A stretch of DNA of 64,000 bases from the NCBI GenBank assembly GCA_965140585.1, contig OZ223269.1, forward strand, positions 512,001 through 576,000, given 5' to 3'. Both the position numbers and the translations under genes were made by a program. Shown piece by piece: positions 37,985 to 48,192 of the stretch. Source of the stretch: Spirochaetia bacterium (GTDB lineage: Bacteria; Spirochaetota; Spirochaetia; UBA9216). The first letter of the stretch is position 1. Every line of letters begins with the position of its first letter. The notes beneath the pieces were generated by a model, which saw only the letters and a program-made list of their open reading frames with translations, made no database searches and was not told the origin of the DNA.

Positions 37985-39358
37985 ATGCCGATTAAAATGT
38001 ATCTAGCCGAGGATGAAATTCCCCGCAAGTGGTACAACATAGCAGCGGATCTGCCCACACCGATGCTTCCATACCTGGGGCCTGATGGAAATCCGGTAAC
38101 ACCGGATATGATGGCTCCCATATTTCCTATGAACCTTATTGAACAGGAAATGTCACAGGAAAGAGAGATTGCGATTCCTCAGGAAGTGCTTGAAATACTT
38201 TATAAATGGAGGCCGTCACCGCTTCACAGGGCTGTAGCTCTGGAAAAGGCTTTAGGTACACCTGCGAAGATTTATTATAAAAACGAGAGTGTCTCTCCGG
38301 CAGGAAGTCACAAACCAAACACCGCTGTAGCTCAGGCTTACTATAACAAAGTTGCCGGTATTAAAAAGCTAACAACAGAAACCGGCGCCGGGCAGTGGGG
38401 AAGTGCACTTTCATTTGCATGTGCCCAGCTGGATCTTAAATGTAAAATCTACATGGTTCGAATCAGCTTTGATCAGAAACCTTTCCGCAAAGTTATGATG
38501 CAGGTCTGGGGCGGTCACTGTGTTGCAAGTCCCAGTAATGAAACTAAAACCGGTCGCGAGATGCTTGAGATGGATCCGGATACTCCAGGCAGTCTTGGAA
38601 TTGCCATCAGTGAGGCAGTTGAAGAGGCTGTATCTGATCCAACCGGTGAAACAAAATATGCGCTTGGCTCAGTGCTTAATCACGTAATGCTTCATCAGAC
38701 TATAATCGGTCAGGAAACAAAGGCACAGCTGAAAAAGTTTGGAATTGATAAGCCTGATGTTGTAATCGGCTGTGCAGGCGGCGGCTCCAATTTTGCCGGG
38801 CTGGCATTTCCATTTGTAAGAGATAAGATTAATGGGGATGATATAGAAATTATTCCTGTTGAGCCTGCATCCTGTCCGACAATGACGGGAGGAAGTTTTA
38901 CTTATGATATTGGTGATATGTCAGGCATGACTCCTCTGATGGCAATGCATACTCTGGGACATAATTTTATTCCGCCTCCAATTCATGCTGGCGGACTCCG
39001 TTACCACGGGATGTCTCCGCTTGTATCTCAGGCTGCTATTTCTGGACTTCTTTCGCCTCAGGCTATTCATCAGCTGGAATGTTACGAAGCTGCAATGACA
39101 TTTGCCAGGACAGAAGGTATAATAATTGCACCTGAAACCAGTCATGCAGTTGCCGCGACTATCAGAGAAGCAAACAAGGCTAAAGAAGAGGGAAAGGAAA
39201 AGGTAATTGTGATGGGTCTTTCAGGTCACGGACTCATGGATCTTAAGGGCTATCATGCTTATATGGCCGGTGATCTTTTTGACTATGCACTTCCTCCGGA
39301 GCAGATTGCAGAGAATCTTTCAAAGATTAAGGATTTCCCCAAAATACCTGCCAGATAG
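37985..39358 (+). CDS. trpB2: TrpB-like PLP enzyme (tryptophan synthase beta, type 2)
   Basis: [42 protein letters not shown] and LSGHG motifs. No adjacent trpA. Confidence 0.95.
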   Translation: MPIKMYLAEDEIPRKWYNIAADLPTPMLPYLGPDGNPVTPDMMAPIFPMNLIEQEMSQEREIAIPQEVLEILYKWRPSPLHRAVALEKALGTPAKIYYKNESVSPAGSHKPNTAVAQAYYNKVAGIKKLTTETGAGQWGSALSFACAQLDLKCKIYMVRISFDQKPFRKVMMQVWGGHCVASPSNETKTGREMLEMDPDTPGSLGIAISEAVEEAVSDPTGETKYALGSVLNHVMLHQTIIGQETKAQLKKFGIDKPDVVIGCAGGGSNFAGLAFPFVRDKINGDDIEIIPVEPASCPTMTGGSFTYDIGDMSGMTPLMAMHTLGHNFIPPPIHAGGLRYHGMSPLVSQAAISGLLSPQAIHQLECYEAAMTFARTEGIIIAPETSHAVAATIREANKAKEEGKEKVIVMGLSGHGLMDLKGYHAYMAGDLFDYALPPEQIAENLSKIKDFPKIPAR

Positions 39359-39384
39359 GCTTGTATATCAATTTAAGGAATTAT

Positions 39385-39408
39385 GCCCCCTTCTATAAGG
39401 GGGCTTAA
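39385..39408 (+). terminator. Hairpin after trpB2
   Basis: gccccctt-ctat-aagggggc with a weak T tail. Confidence 0.55.
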
Positions 39409-39415
39409 TTAGAAA

Positions 39416-39649
39416 ATGGATAAAGAAATTTACTGTAGAAAACTTGGACATCACATTCCAGTATCATATTGCCTGTCCCCGGGCCAGAAACTATATTGTT
39501 CATCCTTCAGGAATTGCTGGTTTGCAAGGATGGATGTTGATACTTTTCTAAAAGAACGTTTTTCCGATGAGGTTATAGCTGAAGCAGAGAGCAGAACGAC
39601 TCCCAGGATAACAGGCATAATCACAGTAATTGAGAAATTCACTTCATGA
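39416..39649 (+). CDS. Small Cys/His-rich hypothetical protein
   Basis: CRKLGH..YC..C..NCWF pattern. ATGA overlap with yaaA. Confidence 0.7.
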   Translation: MDKEIYCRKLGHHIPVSYCLSPGQKLYCSSFRNCWFARMDVDTFLKERFSDEVIAEAESRTTPRITGIITVIEKFTS

Positions 39650-40407
39650 AAATTATATTATCTCCGGCTAAAACCTTTAAACCACAGTCTGAAGTTAACT
39701 TTACTCATGATACTATTCCCTTATTTCAGAAAGATGCGGATAGAATCATAGAGGTTTTAAAAAGTGTTGATGATCTTAAAGCTTTTTACAAGTGCAGTTC
39801 AAAGGTTGCACAAGAGGCAGAATCCTACCTGAAGCGATTTAACTCCAACCGGAGTACAGCAGCTATTTTCACCTATGGAGGACTGGTATTTCAGAATCTC
39901 AACAGCCGAACTTTAGATGAAAAGCAAATAATCTTTCTGCAGGAAAACCTTTTTATTCTGTCAGGCTTGTATGGTATTCTTAGACCTCTTGATCTGATAT
40001 CACCTTACCGCCTCGACATTTCTCAAAATTTACCAGCTTTCAAAAAATTGCTACCGTCAGGAAATCTCTACTCATTCTGGGAAGATAAAATAACCGCAAC
40101 ACTCAATAACCATCTGCAGGAAGGAGAACCGCTTCTGAATCTTGCTTCTGCAGAATACAGCAAAGCCGTGGACAGTCAAAAGCTTAAAGGCCCGTTTGTC
40201 ACTGTTGACTTCATGCAATATCAGGGGGACAAGATGAAATCTCTGGCAACTTACTCGAAACAGGCTAGAGGTCTTATATTACGCTATATTGCCGATGGGC
40301 AAATTGAATCTATTGAGAAGTTAAAAAGTTTTAGCCAATCCGGTTACCGGTTCTGTGCAGAAGCCTCCATTGACTACAGGATAGTTTTTGTGAGAGATAT
40401 GCCGTAA
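39646..40407 (+). CDS. yaaA: Peroxide stress protein YaaA (DUF328)
   Basis: ILSPAK, ILSGLYGILRPLD, YRL, NLASAEY and KQARG motifs. Confidence 0.93.
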   Translation: MKIILSPAKTFKPQSEVNFTHDTIPLFQKDADRIIEVLKSVDDLKAFYKCSSKVAQEAESYLKRFNSNRSTAAIFTYGGLVFQNLNSRTLDEKQIIFLQENLFILSGLYGILRPLDLISPYRLDISQNLPAFKKLLPSGNLYSFWEDKITATLNNHLQEGEPLLNLASAEYSKAVDSQKLKGPFVTVDFMQYQGDKMKSLATYSKQARGLILRYIADGQIESIEKLKSFSQSGYRFCAEASIDYRIVFVRDMP

Positions 40408-40542
40408 AAAAATATCACATCGAAGATTTAATATTATTTATTCTTATTCTGGAAGAATTGATAAAACAGGCTTTAAGCAAATTATAGTTTTGTTCTCAAA
40501 TTAAAAATTTATAATATAGAAAGCAGTGTTATACTGTATAAC

Positions 40543-40656
40543 ACGAAAAAAGTGATTTACAGCCTCTTTGCTATTTTTATGCTTTCAAGCGGTGTCTCAA
40601 CTCAGTCTCTTCTAAAGACCCCTCGGGGTGATAATGACAATCTGACTGATTTATAA
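40543..40656 (+). pseudogene. Remnant of a lipoprotein gene 5' end
   Basis: Degenerate copy of the promoter and signal peptide at 41454-41530, with ATG changed to ACG and the lipobox Cys TGT changed to GGT. Confidence 0.6.
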
Positions 40657-40682
40657 GTATATTAAAGAAAAGGATTAATCGA

Positions 40683-41114
40683 ATGGTTAAACAATATGAT
40701 GATAAAACACACCGAACACAGGTGATTGAACTCTGGAATTCTGTATTTGGATATTCTGATCGAAGAAATTCTCCGGAATTAGTTATTGATAAAAAGCTGG
40801 AGATCGATCAGCAGCTCTATATTGCGGAAATTGAGTCTAAAGTCATAGGTACAGTGATGACCGGATACGACGGACACCGGGGCTGGATATATTCATTGGC
40901 TGTTTTGCCTGAGCACAGAAATAAAGGTATTGGAACGCTTTTACTGCAGTATGCAGAAGCTGCTTTGTCGCAAATGGGCTGCATGAAAATAAATCTTCAA
41001 ATACTGGCCGAAAATAAAGATGTTAAGCAATTTTACAGTAAAAACAGCTATATGGTTGAAGAACGTGTAAGTATGGGTAAGCAGCTGCCTCAGAATATAC
41101 CTGATGAGGATTGA
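40683..41114 (+). CDS. GNAT acetyltransferase (YpeA-like)
   Basis: GYDGHRGWIYSLAV, RNKGIG, KINLQ and ERVSMGK motifs. Confidence 0.92.
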   Translation: MVKQYDDKTHRTQVIELWNSVFGYSDRRNSPELVIDKKLEIDQQLYIAEIESKVIGTVMTGYDGHRGWIYSLAVLPEHRNKGIGTLLLQYAEAALSQMGCMKINLQILAENKDVKQFYSKNSYMVEERVSMGKQLPQNIPDED

Positions 41115-41117
41115 TTT

Positions 41118-41412
41118 ATGTCATTAGTAATGGTTGATATTGAATCTGACGGGCCGGTTCCCGGTGATTATTCAATGATTTGTTTTGCTGCTATGATAGT
41201 AGAACCTTCAATGTCTTTTAGTTTTGTGGGGCGGCTTAAGCCGATCTCTGAGAACTATAATAGCAATGCACTGGCTGTTTCCGGATTTACCAGGGAAGAA
41301 ACCCTGAGCTTTGATGATTGAATTCCATAACTGGTTGAAAAAAAATATTGACGGCAGGGCTGAGTTTATAAGTGATAATAACGGATATGACTGGATGTTT
41401 ATCTGCCGATGA
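41118..41412 (+). pseudogene. 3'-5' exonuclease pseudogene
   Basis: MVDIESDGPVPGDYSM..LKPIS..REETLSFDD stop, then a second frame EFHNWL..FISDNNGYDWMFIC stop. Confidence 0.8.
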
Positions 41413-41472
41413 GCTTCTGAGCCTTAAAAAAATTAAATTTATATAAATAAAATCAGTGTTATACTGTTTAAC

Positions 41473-42513
41473 ATGAAAAAAGTAATAGTTACTCTAATCG
41501 TTATTTTTATGTTTACAGCTTGTGCTTCAAATAAGTATGTTTTAATGACTCCGACGTATGACGATTCAAATTCAGATTCTTTCTGGGAAACCGCTGATAT
41601 CGAAGAAACCGGACTGTCAAAAAAAGCAGTTATCGCTCATCTGGAACTCTGCAGAAAGACCGGAGCCGATTCTCAATTGATTATTTATAATAACAAGATA
41701 GTTTCTGAATGGTATTCCGACAGATATACTGAACCCCTTGGTGCAATGTCTTCAACAAAAGTAGTTGCCAGTCTTTTAATTGGCATTCTTGCTGATATGG
41801 GTAAGTTGGATTATCAGGATAAAGTTACAGAAATCATACCGGAATGGAATGGTCAGTACCGGGATGAAGTCAGGATTGTAGATTTGCTGACTCATTCAGC
41901 AGGATTTGAGCAGCGTATAGATAACACCAGCATAGGTTTTTCACCTGGTAATAAATCAGAATTTGTTCTGAATTTAAGCCCAGAATATGAACCAGGTAAG
42001 AAGTTCAGCTACAGCAATGAAGGTGTGCAGCTTCTGGAGCCAATTATCAGTTCTGTTGCAGGTATGAGTACTCAGGATTTTGCCGATGAATATCTTTTTG
42101 ATAAGTTAGGGATGAAGAATACTCATTTCTACAGTTACGGAGGAAGTCCCTGGCTGTATTCTGAATTGCAAACAACCCCCAGGGATATGGCAAGGCTTGG
42201 AATACTGATGAAAAAATCCGGAGTGTGGAATAGTAAGAGAATAGTGAGTGAGGACTACGTAGAAAAAGCTACGGTTTCAAGTCCGCTTAATAAGGAAATG
42301 GGATATTTGTGGTGGATTTTAGATGAAAATATTACAGTCAAAGGTTATTATGCTTCAGGATACCTTGATACCGATATTTTCGTTTTCTCTGATTATGATG
42401 TAGTAATTGTGAGAACACAGATGCCGAAAAAAGGTTTTACCGGAAAACAGGAATCTGGAGATTACTTTGTCAAAGCAATGCCTATCTTCAGGGACCTCGT
42501 AAAAGACTTGTAA
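41473..42513 (+). CDS. Serine hydrolase lipoprotein (class C beta-lactamase/AmpC fold)
   Basis: Lipobox FTAC and SSTK, LLTHSAG, FSYSN and LGMKNT motifs. Confidence 0.9.
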   Translation: MKKVIVTLIVIFMFTACASNKYVLMTPTYDDSNSDSFWETADIEETGLSKKAVIAHLELCRKTGADSQLIIYNNKIVSEWYSDRYTEPLGAMSSTKVVASLLIGILADMGKLDYQDKVTEIIPEWNGQYRDEVRIVDLLTHSAGFEQRIDNTSIGFSPGNKSEFVLNLSPEYEPGKKFSYSNEGVQLLEPIISSVAGMSTQDFADEYLFDKLGMKNTHFYSYGGSPWLYSELQTTPRDMARLGILMKKSGVWNSKRIVSEDYVEKATVSSPLNKEMGYLWWILDENITVKGYYASGYLDTDIFVFSDYDVVIVRTQMPKKGFTGKQESGDYFVKAMPIFRDLVKDL

Positions 42514-42545
42514 TTTCTATCGTATTGCTTATTTGAAGGAGAACA

Positions 42546-43229
42546 ATGACAGACTCTTACTACCTTGAAGCAAATGCCTTGATAGCAATTTCATCTGAAG
42601 AGCTTCTGCGTCTCAAAAATAAAAATATCTACACTTCTTCAGTTGCTGTCTTAGAATTTATAAAGGGCTTATCCTGTGATAATTATGCAAAAAGAAAATT
42701 AAAACTTGATGTAGTTTACAATCATTTATATATAGACTGGGCCGCGGCTAGTCAGAAGATGGAGAAGATATTCGGTGATGATATAGTCCGGGCTGCTAAA
42801 CAAAATAAATGCAGCCTGGAGCATTACGTAAAATTACTTTTGAAAAGTAATCATTATGCTGAGTTTCTATCAACCATAGAGAATTCAGACTTATTATATA
42901 AAAAATTAGATGAATGTCTTTTAAAGCATGCTGTTCCTATGAGCGAAATCTTATCTACAGAGTATATGAATAAGCTTCTAAAAAGTTCAGATATGACTGA
43001 TTCCAAGAGTAATATTTTTATCAACGCCTGCAAATTTTACAGGCATAACTATTTCAATAAAACAGCTGATAAAAATGACATGGTCGATTTGATACATACT
43101 TTATATATAAAAGACTTGAAAACTGGTATTGTTACAAATGATAAAAAACTAAGCAAAATATGCAGGCGCGGAGCAAAGATAAATACTTTAAATGTCTCAG
43201 AGTTCAGACTGCTAATAAAATCAATCTGA
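42546..43229 (+). CDS. PIN-domain-like hypothetical protein
   Basis: YYLEANAL, SSVAVLEF, NDMVDLIH and IVTNDKKL. AT-rich, with SD AAGGAG. Confidence 0.6.
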   Translation: MTDSYYLEANALIAISSEELLRLKNKNIYTSSVAVLEFIKGLSCDNYAKRKLKLDVVYNHLYIDWAAASQKMEKIFGDDIVRAAKQNKCSLEHYVKLLLKSNHYAEFLSTIENSDLLYKKLDECLLKHAVPMSEILSTEYMNKLLKSSDMTDSKSNIFINACKFYRHNYFNKTADKNDMVDLIHTLYIKDLKTGIVTNDKKLSKICRRGAKINTLNVSEFRLLIKSI

Positions 43230-43334
43230 AAATTATTTAAAAAAAATATCCCAGATTATAAATCAGGAAGACTCTCATGATTGTAGGTACTAAACTTTAT
43301 TTATAAAGAAAATTATTCAATTCAGGAGTCAATT

Positions 43335-44399
43335 ATGAAGAAAATGATATATTTATTGTTTACTGTTTTCTCAACGGTTGTCTTTTTCGGCTGCACAGTT
43401 AATTCACCCGGGATAGAAAAAGCTATTACCGATTATGGTTTTGAAGGACTTGAAGATGAAGTTTTTGTAGATATTGATGGAACTGAAATAACAGTAACTC
43501 TGCCATATGGTACTGATGTAAATACTTTAATTCCTTTTTTTGAAACTACCGGCGTCTCCGTACTTATAGATGGAGTAGAACAGATAAGCGGAACCACTGT
43601 GAATGACTTTTCAAATCCTGTCACATATACTGTAATCGCAGAAGATGGCACAAGTATAGAATATACAATAACCGTCATCATAGCCCTTAATCCGGCTAAG
43701 GATATTACTGCCTTCATATTTCCAGAAGACCTTAACAGTAGTGAACTGAGCGCTGATGTGACAGCGGATATTGATGATTCAGTAATTACTGTGAAAGTGC
43801 CCTATATATCTGATGTTGCTGATTTGCTTGATTCTCTTGTTGCTGAATTTACAACTACCGGAAGCAGGGTAGCTGTTGACGGAACTGTCCAGAACTCAGG
43901 CATCACGTCAAATGATTACGCTTCAACTGTTGAGTATAAAGTAACTGCGGAGGACGGCAGTGAGAAGGTATATGATGTGAATGTACTTATTACAGTTACC
44001 AGAGCACAGCTTACCGGCATGGTAAATGAGATGGTAGATGATGTTGGTAATATCAAAAATATATCACATTATATAACAAGAACTGATACATCGAATATTA
44101 CAGATATGAGTTTCCTGTTTGTCGAAACGGACTTTGATGAAGACATCTCAGAATGGGATGTCAGTAATGTGACAGATATGAGCAATATGTTTAGTACAAA
44201 TAGTTTCGATCAGGATATAGGTTCATGGGATGTAAGCAGTGTTTTAGACATGGATGAAATGTTTTATAACGCTGCATCATTTGATCAGGATCTTTCAGAC
44301 TGGGGTGTAAACAGTCTTGTAAGTCATGATGCTTTTGAAACAGGAAGTGCATTGACCTCCGAGTATATGCCGCCTTTTCCGATGGTTCCTCTACCATAA
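43335..44399 (+). CDS. Surface lipoprotein with two Ig-like repeats and DUF285/BspA-type repeats
   Basis: Lipobox FFGC, two ITxF..NDF/Y..YxVxAEDG units, and repeated WDVSxVxDMxxMF. Confidence 0.85.
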   Translation: MKKMIYLLFTVFSTVVFFGCTVNSPGIEKAITDYGFEGLEDEVFVDIDGTEITVTLPYGTDVNTLIPFFETTGVSVLIDGVEQISGTTVNDFSNPVTYTVIAEDGTSIEYTITVIIALNPAKDITAFIFPEDLNSSELSADVTADIDDSVITVKVPYISDVADLLDSLVAEFTTTGSRVAVDGTVQNSGITSNDYASTVEYKVTAEDGSEKVYDVNVLITVTRAQLTGMVNEMVDDVGNIKNISHYITRTDTSNITDMSFLFVETDFDEDISEWDVSNVTDMSNMFSTNSFDQDIGSWDVSSVLDMDEMFYNAASFDQDLSDWGVNSLVSHDAFETGSALTSEYMPPFPMVPLP

Positions 44400-44421
44400 T
44401 TTATGGATAGCCATACCTTAT

Positions 44422-44474
44422 GTCCGCTGCTGTACATATGATTGAACCATCAAATTACAGCGGCGGGCTTTTAA
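44422..44474. terminator. Terminator hairpin between convergent genes
   Basis: gtccgctgctgta..tacagcggcgggc followed by TTTT. Confidence 0.7.
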
Positions 44475-44506
44475 TTTTTAGAAAGAATCAAGAAAAAACT
44501 GCTGCT

Positions 44507-45604
44507 TCAAGATACAAATCCGCCGGCTTTTTGGAAATTTTTTGGAGAAAGTCCCGTGTCTTTCTGAAAATAGCGGTAAAAAGCCGATGTGGAATTAAAC
44601 CCGACATCAAAAGCTATCTTTGTAATTCCAATGTCATCATGCTCAAGAAGTAAGGATTTAGCCTCTTCAATACGATGGAAATTTATATAGGAGTTGAAGT
44701 TCATATTTATTTCACTGTTGAGGATATATAACAGTTCATGTGAACTGACTGAAAGTTTATCACCAAGAGTTTTAAGCGTAATATCAGGCTGTCTGTATAA
44801 TTTTTCATCGTTCATAAGACGAACTATTTCACTTTTTACCCGCTCGATATTCTGATTAAGCTCTTTCGCCCTGGATGTTTTTCCCTGTTTTGTTTCTCTA
44901 ATTACCTTAATTGCATAATCAGGATTTCGAAATGAGAAAAAAATAAAACTTAATGGGATGATTGATAAAAGCACTATACTGAATTGTACAAGTGTCGGGT
45001 TATTGATAAATCCCGCTGTCATAAGAAGCGCTGCAGAAATACTGAAAGATATCAGAAATAAAATTACTGCTCTGGTTTCTTTGGTAATTTTCCGGTTCTT
45101 GAGATTAGTGATAGTTTTATATAAAGAGATTATGAAATAAATAGACATTGACATATCACATAATGAATTTAGAATAAAGATTAGAGTATTCTGAGTATAA
45201 TCAGGTATAAAATTCATTGTATTCTGGAAATGGATTACGATAGTTTTATCTGAAAAATTTAAAATTGTGATGATTGTCAGAGCAATTATTGAAGGTATCA
45301 AATGCAGAATGACTACTTTAGCTGGTATTGCAACTCTTCCCATAAGAGCTGTGAAGTACAGATACAGACAGGGGCCGATTAAAAACGCTGCTGATATTTC
45401 TGTATTAATAAGTATCGGTATCCGGTTTAGAAGGCCCATACTGAACACCCAGAAATAGAGCATATTATATCCGCCGGCAAGAAACAGAAAAGCCAGAAAG
45501 TAGTTGAGCTGAAGTTTTCTTCTGAAAACCAGCTGCTGTACTCCGATGAAGGTGAACATTATGAATACTGTAAAAAATAGGTATTGATGTATCGTTCTTG
45601 TCAT
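44507..45604 (-). CDS. Multi-TM AraC family transcriptional regulator
   Basis: About seven hydrophobic segments, then LYRQPDITL..FNSYINFHRIEEAK..IAFDVGFNSTSAFYRYF. Confidence 0.9.
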   Translation of the reverse strand: MTRTIHQYLFFTVFIMFTFIGVQQLVFRRKLQLNYFLAFLFLAGGYNMLYFWVFSMGLLNRIPILINTEISAAFLIGPCLYLYFTALMGRVAIPAKVVILHLIPSIIALTIITILNFSDKTIVIHFQNTMNFIPDYTQNTLIFILNSLCDMSMSIYFIISLYKTITNLKNRKITKETRAVILFLISFSISAALLMTAGFINNPTLVQFSIVLLSIIPLSFIFFSFRNPDYAIKVIRETKQGKTSRAKELNQNIERVKSEIVRLMNDEKLYRQPDITLKTLGDKLSVSSHELLYILNSEINMNFNSYINFHRIEEAKSLLLEHDDIGITKIAFDVGFNSTSAFYRYFQKDTGLSPKNFQKAGGFVS

Positions 45605-45692
45605 TATAACGCTGAAATTAAATAGTAACTTGAAATTTACTCAAATACAATACAAAAATTGTCGGGCAAATAGTGATATAATCACATTGAAT

Positions 45693-46235
45693 ATGAATAA
45701 GGATCAGGAATACAGTATAGACCTCGAATCTGAGCGATTAATAATTCGTAATATCATACCGGCTGATATTGATTTCATAATCAACCTTTGGACAAATCCT
45801 ACAGTTACAGAATATATGGGCGGCCCTCGGAATATTGAGCAATTAAAAAATTCTGTGCTTGAAAATATTGAAGAACCTTTTAAAGATGAGTTTGATTTGT
45901 GGATTCTGTTGAATAAATCAACCGGTAAACTGGTTGGACACTGTGGTTTGCTTGAAAAAGAAGTGGATGGAGCTGAAGAGATTGAAGTCATCTATGTAAT
46001 TGATGACAGGTTCTGGGGGAATGGTTTTGCAAGTGAGGCTGCAAAAATGCTTATCAGCTTTGCTTTTAATGAGAAACATCTGGATAGTGTGATTGCGCTG
46101 ATTAAACCGCAGAATTCAAATTCTCAAAAGGTTGCTGTAAAGTCCGGGATGGCAATGGATAAAGAAGTAATCAGGCCCGGTAATATCCGGATGATGATGT
46201 ACAGAATAAGGAAGCAGCACTACAATCGGATTTAA
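45693..46235 (+). CDS. GNAT N-acetyltransferase (RimJ/RimL-like)
   Basis: ESERLIIR, VGHCG, WGNGFASEAA and NSNSQKVA motifs. Confidence 0.9.
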   Translation: MNKDQEYSIDLESERLIIRNIIPADIDFIINLWTNPTVTEYMGGPRNIEQLKNSVLENIEEPFKDEFDLWILLNKSTGKLVGHCGLLEKEVDGAEEIEVIYVIDDRFWGNGFASEAAKMLISFAFNEKHLDSVIALIKPQNSNSQKVAVKSGMAMDKEVIRPGNIRMMMYRIRKQHYNRI

Positions 46236-46351
46236 TGAATTCTGTAGGCTTTGAAATACTTGAAAATGGTTAACTTAACTGATCTATAAACCAGTCACTC
46301 AGCCGGCTTGAAACTGCAGACCGTTCTTTAAGAGATTAAATGTCGGGTCGG

Positions 46352-47245
46352 TCATCTTCTGTAACTCTGTCGAAAACGCTGTTTAATTCCTTCCAGGATT
46401 AAGTAGAGTGCTACAAGATAGAGGAGGTAGGCGGTAAGCGGACCAAAAAGGATCCACTGTTCGCTATAGATGTAAAATCTTGCCTGTCCGACAAGTCCGG
46501 CCCAGTCGAATAATCTTGAATTCAGCATTGCAGGACTGAAAGTTTTAACAGTTGCTCCAAGAAAAACGCCGAAGATTCCCAGCTGGCCGATAGTGTTGAG
46601 AACTGCAATTATTTCACTTATGAGAAGAGTGAGAAGTCTTTCCTTCATGAACGGGAAGATGTGATTTATTATCAGATACCATTTCCCCGCCCCGGAAGCT
46701 TCTGCTGCTATATAGTACTCTCTTTTTTTCTGTTCTCTGCAGACTGCTTCTATCGCAGCCGAATTTGCGGGTGTTCCGAAAATAAGGACCATTACACTGA
46801 AAATTGAAATAAGTATCATTTTGTTGAACGGAAAGTTCATTGAAATGATTGAAAGAACAAAATAGAGAAATACTATCTGGGGCAGGGCATTAAGAGGTAT
46901 TGATTTTAAAGTTTTATCTTTACGTAGTTTTCCAAAAGCGGCGGATACGCCGCAAATTCCGCCAAGCAGGACTCTTAGTACTGCAAGTACGAAGGTTGTG
47001 CCGACAGTCCACCGTGCACCGTACAGAATAAGACTTAATATATCTTTCCCTGCCGTAGTTGTTCCTAGAAGGTATTCAGAAGAGGGTGCACTTGGCGGAA
47101 CGACAAGCACAAGTCCCTGTTCTGTATCCTCATAGCGGACTGATTCAGTATAATACTTTTCGTATGGAGCGAGTGCAGGACCGAAAAATACTGCGGCAAG
47201 AACAGGTATGAGAAGAATCATTCCTGTAATAAGACGGGTATTCAC
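46352..47245 (-). CDS. ABC transporter permease (OppC/DppC-like)
   Basis: PPSAPSSEYLLGT..GKDILS and the EAA loop YYIAAEASGA. Confidence 0.88.
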   Translation of the reverse strand: MNTRLITGMILLIPVLAAVFFGPALAPYEKYYTESVRYEDTEQGLVLVVPPSAPSSEYLLGTTTAGKDILSLILYGARWTVGTTFVLAVLRVLLGGICGVSAAFGKLRKDKTLKSIPLNALPQIVFLYFVLSIISMNFPFNKMILISIFSVMVLIFGTPANSAAIEAVCREQKKREYYIAAEASGAGKWYLIINHIFPFMKERLLTLLISEIIAVLNTIGQLGIFGVFLGATVKTFSPAMLNSRLFDWAGLVGQARFYIYSEQWILFGPLTAYLLYLVALYLILEGIKQRFRQSYRR

Positions 47246-48192
47246 GGCAGGCTCCTCCTGAAGACAATTCCTATAATAAAGAGAAGTGCCTGAAGCACTA
47301 AGTGAATTATGAGATAAAGAATAAGTATGAGAATGATTGTATTTACTGTTGCATCATATTCCTGAATGTTGTTGAACAGAAAAGATGTAAGACCTTTATT
47401 ATTGAACATAAGCTCGGTGATAAATAGATTTGAAAATATAATTGCAAGCAGCTTATGAATGTCCCCTTTGATAAAAGATACTGCAGCAGGTCCCAGATGA
47501 AAGTATCTGACTGCTCTTTGGGAAAGCCCCTTGGCATGTGCCATATTTATAAAAGTCTCAGTATTCAAGTCCTTCAGCTGAGTGCCTATAGTTCTAATGA
47601 TATAGAGGCAGGGATATATCGAAAGGACAAGTAAGGGGAGAAATACGGCTCTGTCTGAAGCGGATGGTGTGTAAAGCCGCAGGACCGTGAGTCCTGTTAT
47701 TCTATTTATATTGAAAAAAATGAATTGAATGATGAGAATCAGGATAAAATCTGGAAAAACTGTCATGAATGAAAGGAACTCATAATAGATTGGGTTATTC
47801 CTTTTATCGGACATCCTCAGGCTGAGCAGGATACCTGCTGTCAAACTGATCATCCCTGCAAGGCTGGCGTAAAAAAAAGAGACACTGAAATAACGCGGTG
47901 CTTCTTCAAGAAAACTGCGGACAGTTTTTCCCTCCTCGTAGGTAAAGACCCCGCCGGATTTTAACTGTTTGAAATAAAAAAGAGGTTTTCTCCATATATT
48001 CTCAGCATGAAAATGCAGCTTATAATGTTTCTTTTCTATAAAATCAGGATCATCAATATTTGAGTAATACTGTTCATTTGATGCTCTTCCATATGAAAAA
48101 AGAGAGGGAAGGACTGCAATCAGCAGAATTAGAATTATAAAAAGAATTATTGTACCGGTCATGCTTTTTACCCGGTTCAGAAACGTTTTCAC
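47242..48192 (-). CDS. ABC transporter permease (OppB/DppB-like)
   Basis: FPDF, LPLLVLS, the EAA loop FINMAHAKGL and ELMFNNKGL. Confidence 0.85.
   Translation of the reverse strand: MKTFLNRVKSMTGTIILFIILILLIAVLPSLFSYGRASNEQYYSNIDDPDFIEKKHYKLHFHAENIWRKPLFYFKQLKSGGVFTYEEGKTVRSFLEEAPRYFSVSFFYASLAGMISLTAGILLSLRMSDKRNNPIYYEFLSFMTVFPDFILILIIQFIFFNINRITGLTVLRLYTPSASDRAVFLPLLVLSIYPCLYIIRTIGTQLKDLNTETFINMAHAKGLSQRAVRYFHLGPAAVSFIKGDIHKLLAIIFSNLFITELMFNNKGLTSFLFNNIQEYDATVNTIILILILYLIIHLVLQALLFIIGIVFRRSLP

Noticed and set aside
35168-46235. Run of GNAT and small accessory genes as an integron cassette array
   Set aside because: No integrase and no repeated attC-like structures were found, and many genes have their own promoters.
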